Shown here: in pieces, positions 37,773-46,497 of the stretch
Layout of the letters: every line of letters starts with the position of its first letter
Position numbering within the stretch: position 1 is the first letter of the stretch
IMG/VR virus record: IMGVR_UViG_2890318599_000001
Location: 655-64,654 of that record
Source: a virus
Lineage: Duplodnaviria; Caudoviricetes
Strand: one strand, 5' to 3'
DNA length: 64,000 nucleotides
Program-made: the position numbers and the translations under genes
Notes under the pieces: generated by a model
The model's input: only the letters and a program-made list of their open reading frames with translations
Database searches by the model: none
Told to the model about the DNA's origin: nothing

Positions 37773-39344
37773 CTACAGATCTGATTCAATCCATTCCAAA
37801 TCTTCATTATCTAAAGTTGAGGTGTCATCGTTGCTGACAACAATTTTTCCATTTCCATGGAGGCGTTGAATAGCTTGAGCTAATACATCGGCCACATCTT
37901 TCCAAGGACTTTTAGGGAAGAGGAGAATGCCTTGTTTGCTGTCATTATACAATTTATCGGCAATACTCTTTCTTATAAATACCATACCGGCTTCAGCTGG
38001 AGGTGTTGCCATGTTTGCCCTGGCTACTTTATCACCACCCGCAACTTCCACTTCAATTGCCACAATTCCCATTTTAGTAAGTGATTGCTTGGCGCTCTTA
38101 CCGGAAGCCTTTGCTTCAATATAGTGAGGACCTCCAATCTTTTTCATCCATCCTATGAGCTTTGGAAACTCATACCATTCCCATTGAACATCATCAATAT
38201 AAATATTGTGTCCAATCTTTCCTGCAGCAATAAATGCACTGGCCGCATTTTCATCCTTATCAGTATAAGCCAAATCCCAATCCTTACCATATTTGCTCAT
38301 TAGGTGTTTAGCCGGGAAAAGATGATCAGGAATTTCTTTAAACCACTTTTTCCATATCAACCCACCAGCTGGTGCCGGCATTTGATCCATTTGGCCTGCG
38401 AAGCCTGCTGAACCCAAATCTAATCTTGCCTCACTCACTGCTTTGGGGCCTAATCTAACAAGATCTAAATAGCCTTTGGTATAATATTGACGATATTGTA
38501 AAGGCGAAACATTTATAGAATCTGTTGCAGGTAATCGCACATGATGTATTGAATTCTTTTTCTTTTCAAGCAAATGGCCAGTTGGATCGTTTGTTGCCAA
38601 ACGTTGCATTATAAGGATCGTTACAGTAACTGCCTTATCTACCTTACGCATTGGTATTGTCGAATCAAACCAGGCATTAGCATTATTTACCTGATCAATA
38701 GAAGCGGCCTGTTTCGGGTTTAGCGGGTCATCAATGGTAATTATATGAGCATGCACACCGGTGACAGTACCACCGATAGAAGTTACATATCGCTGGCCGT
38801 TTTTGGTTGTACGATAGTTTGTTTTATTATCCTGATCTGATCTAATCTCAACTTCTGGAAAGTACGTTCGGTATTTGTCACTCCTGATGATGTTCCTTGA
38901 TGCCATTGCATGCTCTGTAGACAATGACATTGAATAGCTTGCTGTAATATGCCTTAGAGAAGGATCACGCGTCCAACTCCATGCCGGCGCCATGATGGTA
39001 GCAATAGTAGATTTTGATGTACCTGGAGGAATGTTTATAATTACATCTTTGTCTTTTGGGAGGCGCTTCCTGATTTTACGCTTTGGATTATTAGGATCAG
39101 GCACCATTATTCCTATAACACGTTCATAAGCCTGTTGAATTTCATCACACAACACATCAAGGTGCCAATTCCATACCAATTCATCCTCGACAATAATAGA
39201 CCACATCTCTTTAACGAAAAAAGACAACCGCCTACGGCTGAGTTCCGCGGCGGCAAGATCTGGGCTAAGTAATAATTGTCTTTCTTCCTTTTGAATTTCT
39301 CTGGCTTGTTCCCTTAAGGCTGTGCGAGGTCTTGCAGCTTTCAT
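37773..39344 (-). CDS. Terminase large subunit
   Basis: INIPPGTSKS Walker A, ITIDDPLNP Walker B, IMQRL, DWDLAY, IEAKASG and DVAD nuclease motifs. Confidence 0.95.
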   Translation of the reverse strand: MKAARPRTALREQAREIQKEERQLLLSPDLAAAELSRRRLSFFVKEMWSIIVEDELVWNWHLDVLCDEIQQAYERVIGIMVPDPNNPKRKIRKRLPKDKDVIINIPPGTSKSTIATIMAPAWSWTRDPSLRHITASYSMSLSTEHAMASRNIIRSDKYRTYFPEVEIRSDQDNKTNYRTTKNGQRYVTSIGGTVTGVHAHIITIDDPLNPKQAASIDQVNNANAWFDSTIPMRKVDKAVTVTILIMQRLATNDPTGHLLEKKKNSIHHVRLPATDSINVSPLQYRQYYTKGYLDLVRLGPKAVSEARLDLGSAGFAGQMDQMPAPAGGLIWKKWFKEIPDHLFPAKHLMSKYGKDWDLAYTDKDENAASAFIAAGKIGHNIYIDDVQWEWYEFPKLIGWMKKIGGPHYIEAKASGKSAKQSLTKMGIVAIEVEVAGGDKVARANMATPPAEAGMVFIRKSIADKLYNDSKQGILLFPKSPWKDVADVLAQAIQRLHGNGKIVVSNDDTSTLDNEDLEWIESDL

Positions 39345-39345
39345 G

Positions 39346-39828
39346 TTATTCGTCCTCCCTTGGTTTGCGGGCTAAAACTATTTTCTCGAGAACTTCATTT
39401 GATAATTTTGTATAATCTACATCTGAAGGAATATGTTTTACCTGCAGCGGTTTCTCTTCATCGCCTGAAATCTCTATTTTCTTTATTGAAAGTCCCTCAA
39501 GTTTTATAATTTCCTTTTCAATAGAAAGCAATGCCTTAATACCTTCAGGTGTTGTCCTGTATTCCTGCGCAAGTGAACGCTTCATGTGCTTTAATTCCTG
39601 AATCTTGAATTTCCTTTTTTTATCCAGCGATTCATCTTCAAAATCAATCCATCTTTCCCTTGCCAACTGGATCATTTTTTCAGCATGGCGTTTTGAATTA
39701 CTCCATTTTTGGTCAATAATATTTTTCAAAACCATAGCATGGGTATTACCCTCTATCAGCCATGCCTGGACAGCCAAGAGCCTTCTTTCAAATTCAACCT
39801 TAGTAGACCTTGGTGGCGCTTTCATCAA
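39346..39828 (-). CDS. Terminase small subunit
   Basis: Directly upstream of TerL; helical, with KIEISGDEEKPLQV C-terminal motif. Confidence 0.75.
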   Translation of the reverse strand: MMKAPPRSTKVEFERRLLAVQAWLIEGNTHAMVLKNIIDQKWSNSKRHAEKMIQLARERWIDFEDESLDKKRKFKIQELKHMKRSLAQEYRTTPEGIKALLSIEKEIIKLEGLSIKKIEISGDEEKPLQVKHIPSDVDYTKLSNEVLEKIVLARKPREDE

Positions 39829-40064
39829 GACGAAGGGTATAACATGTTTATGATTTCAATAAGGTCTTTTTGCTCCTGTATTATTGCGCGGATTTTAGAA
39901 GCCTCATCTTCCCTCTTTTGCTGAACCGATTCGGGTATATTTTCTAAAGAAGAAGATGATATTGCCGTTAATGCATCGATACGGTTATTCATCCTTTTCT
40001 GCAGGAGTTCGATTATTGGCTTTATTGTGGCTGCCATAAGTAATATTTTTTCTGTTTCACTCAT
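39825..40064 (-). CDS. Hypothetical coiled-coil protein
   Basis: 79 aa, ATGA overlap with terS. Confidence 0.6.
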   Translation of the reverse strand: MSETEKILLMAATIKPIIELLQKRMNNRIDALTAISSSSLENIPESVQQKREDEASKIRAIIQEQKDLIEIINMLYPSS

Positions 40065-40126
40065 TGGTTTCGATTTTCGGGTTGCAAAATTGCAATATCA
40101 CTACGCCAATGGGTGTCGCTTATTAG

Positions 40127-40198
40127 AGCGGCAAGGTCGATTCGAACGCCATCTCCTGATTGGTTAATCAGGCGCTATACCAGTTAAGCTATTGCCGC
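40127..40198 (-). tRNA. Non-canonical tRNA-Gly-like RNA (8-nt anticodon loop UUAACCAA, bulged T-stem)
   Basis: GCGGCAA/TTGCCGC acceptor, U73, D-arm GCT/AGC with GG, CCTGA/TCAGG anticodon stem, TTCGAAT T-loop; CCA not encoded (CTA). Confidence 0.75.
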
Positions 40199-40804
40199 AT
40201 GTTTCTTTGGGTATGGTTTTGCCGATTTCCGGCATTTATCTTTTAGTTGTTTCACCAAAGGGAATATATACCTGTGCTTGCCTTTCGTATAAACCAGTTC
40301 TGCATCCGGATCAATATACGTCCTAATTCATTCAATACTTTGTTTCCACCCTTTTTTAGCAATTGACCTGCCATGTATTACTTTTCCTCGAATCTTAAAC
40401 TTCGGTGTACCGCCGTTTAGTTCAGTAAGGCCTTCATATATCCAGTTCGTCGCTTGATAAATTGTTCCTGCATGTTCCTGGTCACAATCAGCGTATGAAA
40501 CAACAAGCCTCAATAACGGATTCATTTTCTGCAGCAACTTTAGTGAGATTGAAAGAGCCTTAGATGTATTCTCCTGTTTTCCATTTAGAGCTACCCTCAC
40601 TAGTTCACAGACTTGACCTTGTACCAATCCATATTTTTTGCCTTGGTGCTGGTTAGCACCGGAGGAATAAACAATACAACCGCACCACTCACCCTTATCA
40701 TTAAAAACAGAAAAGGAACATAGTGTCATAGGCATAGCTTTAGCGTAATGAAAGTTAAAGCATGAATATTTAACAGCTTGATATGATGCTATTTCAAGTT
40801 TCAT
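40184..40804 (-). CDS. mom: Mom-family (GNAT-like) DNA adenine modification protein, interrupted by in-frame TGA at 40328-40330
   Basis: HY, ELVRVAL, VVSYAD..QEHAGTIYQATNWIY.G; frame continues past TGA with KHRYIFPL...KPYPK. Confidence 0.75.
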
Positions 40805-41427
40805 ATTTCTCCGCAAGAAACAGAATAAAAAGATTCTGGGAATTCTTCTAACAAACTGGATATCATAGGCATCGCTGCTTCTAATTGCCTGGGGTTGCTG
40901 AAAGTTATTTTAATTGTTGCTGGCTTCTCCTTTCCTACAGCTGTAAGTTCTTCCGGAATAGGTAGCGTCTGAAGCATTTCAAATTGTTCAATCTCGGAAA
41001 GATTAATTGAATTAAAAATTTCGCTGTTTATCTGCAGGTCATAAATATTCATGAACGCCTGCATGCCTTCCAATGTGATTTTGGCATATCGTGACGAGAA
41101 AACAAGAACAAGTGCAGCTGCTTCAGCTTTGTCATTACAGTCAATGAATAAAGCGGGCAACTTTTCAGGAACACTTATTCCTTCACACTCTAATTCTTCC
41201 AGGTCATGCTTACGATGATATCCATCCAAGCACCAAATGTCATTATTTTCATCCTGCCACACATTGAATGCATCGGCGAATCCATTCGCAACCAACGATT
41301 CTTTCAATTTGGATTTATTGACTGCTGTATGCTCCTTGAAACCATCCTGTTGTATAAATTTCAATTGTTTCCAGTTAATGTTTTCCGTTCTAATTATCCT
41401 TGACTTTATTGTATTCTTATTCTTCAT
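40801..41427 (-). CDS. ParB/Srx-like N-terminal domain protein
   Basis: KLKESL...GF...VW...LDGYHR motif; ATGA overlap with the mom-like gene. Confidence 0.75.
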   Translation of the reverse strand: MKNKNTIKSRIIRTENINWKQLKFIQQDGFKEHTAVNKSKLKESLVANGFADAFNVWQDENNDIWCLDGYHRKHDLEELECEGISVPEKLPALFIDCNDKAEAAALVLVFSSRYAKITLEGMQAFMNIYDLQINSEIFNSINLSEIEQFEMLQTLPIPEELTAVGKEKPATIKITFSNPRQLEAAMPMISSLLEEFPESFYSVSCGEI

Positions 41428-41455
41428 TTTACTTCTACGCCGATTTATAATGAAG

Positions 41456-41463
41456 CAAAGTTA
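41456..41463 (-). promoter_or_regulatory. Bacteroidota -7 promoter element of the parB-mom-tRNA-terS-terL operon
   Basis: TAacTTTG on the minus strand 28 nt upstream of the ParB-like start. Confidence 0.5.
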
Positions 41464-41559
41464 CTTAAATAGATAATATATACCTTTTAAAGTAACTTCA
41501 TAATTATAAGATGTCAATCTTTTCAATCTTTACCTTTTTACAAGTAGTTAGCTTGAGTT

Positions 41560-42159
41560 TTATTTAAGCTTTATGGTGTCAAATTTCCCTTTTAGGTTTT
41601 TGGCAATAAAAGAACCAATTGATTCGGCATTACAGAGCTGTTCCCAGATTTCATTCGGTACATTGGTATATTGGTAAAATCCTATTTTAAACGCAACCTC
41701 AAGAATTCTCTTTAGCGGGAAATAAAACAACTTTTTTACGTTACTACTATTCAAAGAAGACTTTTCCAGTACTCCACTTGGAACGATGGTCTTAATTTCC
41801 AGTTTGCAGCTGTTCCTTTCCGAAAGGCGAACTGTTTCCGCTTCCAAATCAGTAACACATTGATTGATGCTTTCCAGGCTATCATAATTGTAAGGATTGA
41901 AAACGCGGTCATTTGGAGCCCGTGTTTCAGCCACAAAATCAATTAAGTAATAGACAGTGTTGTTTTTATTTGCCTCGAAAGCTTCTTCGAAAGTGTCATA
42001 ATCACCATTATTTACTTCTCGCCTGATAAGTCCTTCATCTTCCTTTTTGTCAATTTTTCGTGTTACAATGGCGTATCTTTTAGAGATTGCCATTACTTGA
42101 TAAGGGAGCGTTTCATTTGCAAAAATTACTTCGTCTCTGTATTTTAAATTGTTTTCCAT
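41560..42159 (-). CDS. Hypothetical protein with C-terminal KTSC domain
   Basis: SSNV...Y...LEVAF...YQY.NVP...L.NAESIGSF...KGKF. Confidence 0.75.
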   Translation of the reverse strand: MENNLKYRDEVIFANETLPYQVMAISKRYAIVTRKIDKKEDEGLIRREVNNGDYDTFEEAFEANKNNTVYYLIDFVAETRAPNDRVFNPYNYDSLESINQCVTDLEAETVRLSERNSCKLEIKTIVPSGVLEKSSLNSSNVKKLFYFPLKRILEVAFKIGFYQYTNVPNEIWEQLCNAESIGSFIAKNLKGKFDTIKLK

Positions 42160-42195
42160 TTTATACCGGTTGACCGTTCTCCGGAAGGGTTTTAA

Positions 42196-42456
42196 TTAAA
42201 GATTTTGTTCAATAAAAAGCTTACTGTTCTCATAAAAAGGGTCCTTTTGTGAGTTAAACCTTGAAGCATCTGTTTTGTTGTTTTCAAGAATACATTTTTT
42301 ACAATAATTATTTCCTTCTATTTCGTGCCAACCGTGATCAATCAGCCTGTCTTCCAAGTCATTCATTTCAGGAAATGTTCCATAACCTTCACGACTTTCG
42401 AATACTTCCTTGCAGTTGTCACAGACAGCAACATATACCTGAGTTGTTTTTATCAT
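42196..42456 (-). CDS. Small Zn-finger-like protein
   Basis: CDNC...GW...YCKKC. Confidence 0.65.
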   Translation of the reverse strand: MIKTTQVYVAVCDNCKEVFESREGYGTFPEMNDLEDRLIDHGWHEIEGNNYCKKCILENNKTDASRFNSQKDPFYENSKLFIEQNL

Positions 42457-42461
42457 GCTGT

Positions 42462-42701
42462 TTAATTTAACTCTGGGTCTTCATAGTCTACCATTTTTTT
42501 CCAATCCGCTTCGTGGGTGCCAGGCCTGCAGGGTATCTCCGCAATTAGTTTTCCGTCAACCTTGCAATAACCAAGTTCATTTTTCTCACAATAATTTTGT
42601 GCATCAGAAATGGATATCCCAGGAACATTAGGCCCTAAAAATGTTTTTAATTCACCATCAATCGGGCTTATTGCCCGAATGACTGTTGTATATAAGCTCA
42701 T
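42462..42701 (-). CDS. Hypothetical protein
   Basis: 79-aa ORF in the nin-like region. Confidence 0.6.
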   Translation of the reverse strand: MSLYTTVIRAISPIDGELKTFLGPNVPGISISDAQNYCEKNELGYCKVDGKLIAEIPCRPGTHEADWKKMVDYEDPELN

Positions 42702-42759
42702 TTATATTGATGTTTTGTTCAGAATGCAAATAGGCTGGACCCTGATTAGTTAGGGGATA

Positions 42760-43098
42760 TTATTTTTCATTTCCAAATTCTATACTTAGTTTGTCCCAGA
42801 ATGGGCTTCCTTCAAATCCAAGGAAAACACCAGATTCGTAAATGTATTTTCGTAAATTCTTCCCTCGTTCTGTTTTGTCATAAATACAATAAGAGGACAA
42901 GTTCAACGCAAGTGTATTTAAGAGTTTATCTTTAGTCTCGTTTTCTTTTGATAACACAGAAACATACGATTGAACTATTGTAGTAAAATCTATGACTTTG
43001 GCTTCAAGCAACTGAATGATCAATAGATTTACTTCAAGTGGGTCTAAATCTTTGATTTCATTAATGATTGCATAGTTTTTTTGGAAGTATGCCTTCAT
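42760..43098 (-). CDS. Hypothetical protein
   Basis: 112-aa ORF. Confidence 0.6.
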   Translation of the reverse strand: MKAYFQKNYAIINEIKDLDPLEVNLLIIQLLEAKVIDFTTIVQSYVSVLSKENETKDKLLNTLALNLSSYCIYDKTERGKNLRKYIYESGVFLGFEGSPFWDKLSIEFGNEK

Positions 43099-43120
43099 AG
43101 ATAATGTAATTTATCGTGCT

Positions 43121-43996
43121 TTAATTTAAGAATTCCGGCTTACCGGTAGTTGACAATACTTCAAACTCTACTACGAAAAGCCAAGGATTCGCGTAACGGG
43201 AATCAGAACCATTTATTTTATCCCAAAGAGTGCAGAACGATGTTACAGCTAACCCTACGGTTGGATAGTCATCATTCGGATGGCCATATCCTTTCGTATC
43301 AGCCAGATAGTCCTTGTACCTCATTCGACCATCAATATCACTTAGATATCTTTGAATTCCTTCCGCAACAGCATCATCTTCCGAAATGTCCATTAGCCTC
43401 TCTACTCTGATATTTTTAACCTTAAGCCAAATCCTCGCTGCTTCTTTAGGCATGTGGATAGATGGTTTGAATGGCTGAGCCTTTCCGGTTCGCTTGTAAA
43501 ATATTTCATCATCTTCCGAGGTTTCATTATCATTTTTATCCACTATTTTAAAAATTCCTTTCTCCGCCATGGCATCTAATTGGAACTGCAGCCATTCTGC
43601 CGTAAAAGCACTATTATCAAATGCGTCTTTCAAATTCCATTCCAATACTTCGCCAGTAGCGTACTTGATATCGCATGTGCCATCTTCGAAATCCCATGAG
43701 TTAATTTGCCAGCTTTCCCTCACCCAAAGGAAATCACCAGGCTTCCCGTAGGGACATTGACCTAAGATATCCTCAACATCTCCATCTTCATTTAGCAATA
43801 ACCATTCAGCCGGTTCCATTTTGCCATCATCTTCATTAAACCATTCTTTGTAAGCGTGATGGATACCATCCATTTCTACTTTGTCCCAATTTTGAGCAGC
43901 GTGATTCTTAATTATACGCCTTGTCTGTGTTTTCCTACCTTCTATTAAGGCTTGCACCATTATTGTGCTGAATAGGATTGGTATTTCCTTAATCAT
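43121..43996 (-). CDS. Conserved phage protein (ASCH/PUA-like)
   Basis: PILFS..MV.A...GRKTQTRR, CPYGKPGD.LWVRE, PSIHMPKEAARI and NPW.FV.EF motifs. Confidence 0.75.
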   Translation of the reverse strand: MIKEIPILFSTIMVQALIEGRKTQTRRIIKNHAAQNWDKVEMDGIHHAYKEWFNEDDGKMEPAEWLLLNEDGDVEDILGQCPYGKPGDFLWVRESWQINSWDFEDGTCDIKYATGEVLEWNLKDAFDNSAFTAEWLQFQLDAMAEKGIFKIVDKNDNETSEDDEIFYKRTGKAQPFKPSIHMPKEAARIWLKVKNIRVERLMDISEDDAVAEGIQRYLSDIDGRMRYKDYLADTKGYGHPNDDYPTVGLAVTSFCTLWDKINGSDSRYANPWLFVVEFEVLSTTGKPEFLN

Positions 43997-44195
43997 TGGA
44001 AACCTCCTTTTCGTTTACTTCAAATTTCCCTTCCTGATGAAGCTTTCGGAAATAATGTACTCTTTGTTGATCAATGGAGTGCCTTTCTGCAATTTCGCTA
44101 TCAGAATCGCCTTTTACTATCAATCTCTTGATCGATAGTACTTCAGCACCATTTAAGTTTCGCATTTCATGCGCTTTGATAGATTTTTGTTTCAT
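43989..44195 (-). CDS. Small HTH-like protein
   Basis: SDSEIAERHSIDQQRVHYFRK. Confidence 0.55.
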   Translation of the reverse strand: MKQKSIKAHEMRNLNGAEVLSIKRLIVKGDSDSEIAERHSIDQQRVHYFRKLHQEGKFEVNEKEVSND

Positions 44196-44204
44196 TTTTA
44201 TAAT

Positions 44205-44867
44205 TGCCCATTCGGACCGGTTTTAGTTTAATGTCGATTTTTTCGCCCTTTCCTTTATTTCTGACAATATATCCTCATCTTCTGATTCTTCACATTCAAG
44301 AAAACAGAAGTCATTTATATCTTCTTCTTTTTTCTTTTTAATCATTTCTTTAATAACCTCTGGGGTATAGGTTACTTTAGACATATTGGTACATTCTTCC
44401 ATGAAAATGGACACTCGCTCCATCATTGAAAAAAGATCAAGTACTTCTCCACACATTGCTTCCAGTAAATCTTCTTTGGAAAGGTTCTCCCATCCCCTTA
44501 CCATCTCGGGATGTTTTTCACGCATTTGATGTGTATTCGGCATGTTCTTCGGAATAAATCCTTCTGGATGCTCTTCGTATTGCTCTCTATCCAAGTCGGC
44601 AGCAATTAAAGCTCCGGCAACAATTTTCCGTGATCTCTCGCTTTTTTGCATAAGACGTGTACAGTAATTAAAATTCCAGTTGGCAGGCAAGGTTCCACTT
44701 CCGGTTAAAAGTGTAATAGCTGCCCTTATTAATTGGCCTTTTGAGTTTTCTTCAAAATCAGACTTTACTGTTCTGCCATGTTTTTCGATTTGTTCTTGCC
44801 TTTCTTGGGCAATAAGTTCAATCCCTGTTTTCATAATGCAATGCCCATCCGGAGCCGGTGTTTAGTT
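44205..44867 (-). repeat. Two copies of a ~25-bp intergenic leader motif (44205-44228, 44842-44867)
   Basis: tgcccattcggaccggttttagtt versus tgcccatccggagccggtgtttagtt, each just upstream of a start codon. Confidence 0.55.
44223..44834 (-). CDS. Phage hypothetical protein
   Basis: GIELIAQERQEQIEKHG...AGALIAADLDR, a common phage motif. Confidence 0.7.
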   Translation of the reverse strand: MKTGIELIAQERQEQIEKHGRTVKSDFEENSKGQLIRAAITLLTGSGTLPANWNFNYCTRLMQKSERSRKIVAGALIAADLDREQYEEHPEGFIPKNMPNTHQMREKHPEMVRGWENLSKEDLLEAMCGEVLDLFSMMERVSIFMEECTNMSKVTYTPEVIKEMIKKKKEEDINDFCFLECEESEDEDILSEIKERAKKSTLN

Positions 44868-44886
44868 GAGTAAAAGAATATTGTTG

Positions 44887-45084
44887 TTATTTACAATTAC
44901 AAATGGTCCATTTTTTGTCATTGAATTCCTGCAAGGGCATTTCCTGAACACTTAAGTTGTATTTGAATACCTCATTTTTAAATTCGTTTCTTGCCTTCAC
45001 ATTTTTGTTGAGCAAGTCTGAGTGAGCGGCCCGAACCCAATTGTTACACTTTGGGCAAACTGATACTTTAACCGGTTGTTCCAT
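44887..45084 (-). CDS. Small Cys-containing hypothetical protein
   Basis: CPKC...CNC. Confidence 0.55.
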   Translation of the reverse strand: MEQPVKVSVCPKCNNWVRAAHSDLLNKNVKARNEFKNEVFKYNLSVQEMPLQEFNDKKWTICNCK

Positions 45085-45136
45085 TTATTATATAATTTGA
45101 AGTGATTGTTGTAATAAATTTTGAAGAAAATTGTAT

Positions 45137-45265
45137 TTAGAATTTTCCACGTAATATTTCATAGCAGGTCCTGATCACCCAACAGATGAAAAACAGCAAG
45201 AGTGCGCATGCCCCCAAAAACTTAATAGGGCCTACATTTTCTATGATCCTCAAAAGTGATTCCAT
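45137..45265 (-). CDS. 42-aa single-TM protein
   Basis: MESLLRIIENVGPIKFLGACALLLFFICWVIRTCYEILRGKF, read from sequence; overlaps the upstream stop. Confidence 0.45.
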   Translation of the reverse strand: MESLLRIIENVGPIKFLGACALLLFFICWVIRTCYEILRGKF

Positions 45266-45687
45266 TATAAAAGAATTTGATTATTAGTTTGTAACTCCTG
45301 GTACAGGGTATTTCCATTCTTAGTAACAGCGTAGGGCAGGAATACCTGTGCCATATCGGCCAATTCAGCTTCTATGATTGCCATCTGAGCCTCAACCCAA
45401 TCTTTAATAATTCGCCAGCCAACACGTAGCGCCTGTTCCTTATTACATTTATTGCGTGGTACCTTTTTGTTTTTCTGCATGGCCTTCATCACACCTTCGA
45501 AATTGCAGGGCATTGAAAAAGCCATATCACGATTGTTCCAGTTAACAGAAAATGTAAGTGCAATCGGATTGCCATCCTTATCATTATCCATCACAACTTT
45601 CCTTGCGCCTCTCTTTGCAAGGATTTGCTGAATTTCTGTGATGGTTTTGTAAGCATCAATGGAGGTTGTGTAGTTTAGTATTGGCAT
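45265..45687 (-). CDS. Conserved phage hypothetical protein
   Basis: NYTTSIDA.KT..EIQ..L...GA and QA.RVGWRIIKDWVEAQMA...VFLPY. Confidence 0.75.
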   Translation of the reverse strand: MPILNYTTSIDAYKTITEIQQILAKRGARKVVMDNDKDGNPIALTFSVNWNNRDMAFSMPCNFEGVMKAMQKNKKVPRNKCNKEQALRVGWRIIKDWVEAQMAIIEAELADMAQVFLPYAVTKNGNTLYQELQTNNQILL

Positions 45688-45705
45688 AATTATTAATAAT
45701 TATTG

Positions 45706-46497
45706 TTAGAAATTGTATTTTGGAAAATCCCTTATCCTTAAATCTTCCGGCCATTCATCCATATCACCACCATGCCGGTCTTTTAATTTTAATTGCTTTG
45801 ATAGATGCGTTCCAAGTTGCTTCACGAATACGGAAATGTGTTCTCGTTTGCAGTCATTAATAATCTTTCTAATCCATTCCAATTCGCATGGCCGGTACCG
45901 GTATTTACCGTTTTCATTTCCTGATTCACCTCCGACAATAACCCAATCAATTCCAGGCAATACATGAAACGATTCTTTTAATTGCTCATAATACTTCATC
46001 GCTTTTGATAAGTCGATTTCACCATGCAGGGGTTCTAGGCTTAAAAACTTCACTTTAGCATCTATCTCGGTAACCAGCGATACCATTCTTTCTATTGCCC
46101 CCTGACTTCCTATGCTGGTTCCCAGCCACACATTATCCCAACCTTCACCCCAATCAGCTGGCAGACATTCTGGTATGCGTTCCGGCCTTTTGGTAAGTAT
46201 CTGGAAAGTATGCTGCGGGCATCTGCGGATAATATCCCAGGCTTCATGTCGGTAACTATCAATGTCAGGGTGAAAGAAGTCTGTAAGGGAACATGTAAAT
46301 ATTCTGCTTGGTTCCTTTATTGTCAATGGCAGATTAAATACTGTCTTTGTCCTGATAACCTGGGCTGGGTCATATCTGGTATTATTAAGGCTCTGCCGGT
46401 ACATGTAACAGAACTTACAATCAGCATCAACCTTGCTGCAGCCACGGGCTATATTCCAAGTGTGATCTGTCCAGGCTATACTACTTTCTTTTCCCAT
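45706..46497 (-). CDS. Gp37/Gp68 (DUF5131) radical-SAM-like protein
   Basis: IAWTDHTWN, GCSKVDADCKFCY, QILTKRPER, SLEPL, WVIVGGESG, FVKQLG. Confidence 0.88.
   Translation of the reverse strand: MGKESSIAWTDHTWNIARGCSKVDADCKFCYMYRQSLNNTRYDPAQVIRTKTVFNLPLTIKEPSRIFTCSLTDFFHPDIDSYRHEAWDIIRRCPQHTFQILTKRPERIPECLPADWGEGWDNVWLGTSIGSQGAIERMVSLVTEIDAKVKFLSLEPLHGEIDLSKAMKYYEQLKESFHVLPGIDWVIVGGESGNENGKYRYRPCELEWIRKIINDCKREHISVFVKQLGTHLSKQLKLKDRHGGDMDEWPEDLRIRDFPKYNF

Noticed and set aside
40155-40172. tRNA-Gly-like RNA as suppressor of the mom UGA or as a +1 frameshift suppressor
   Set aside because: The loop (UUAACCAA) cannot read UGA, no frameshifted target gene was found, and the defective T-stem argues against ribosomal use; not fully excluded
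40328-40330. Genome-wide UGA-to-Trp recoding
   Set aside because: Many other genes end at TGA (several in ATGA overlaps) and use TGG for Trp; only this one in-frame stop was seen
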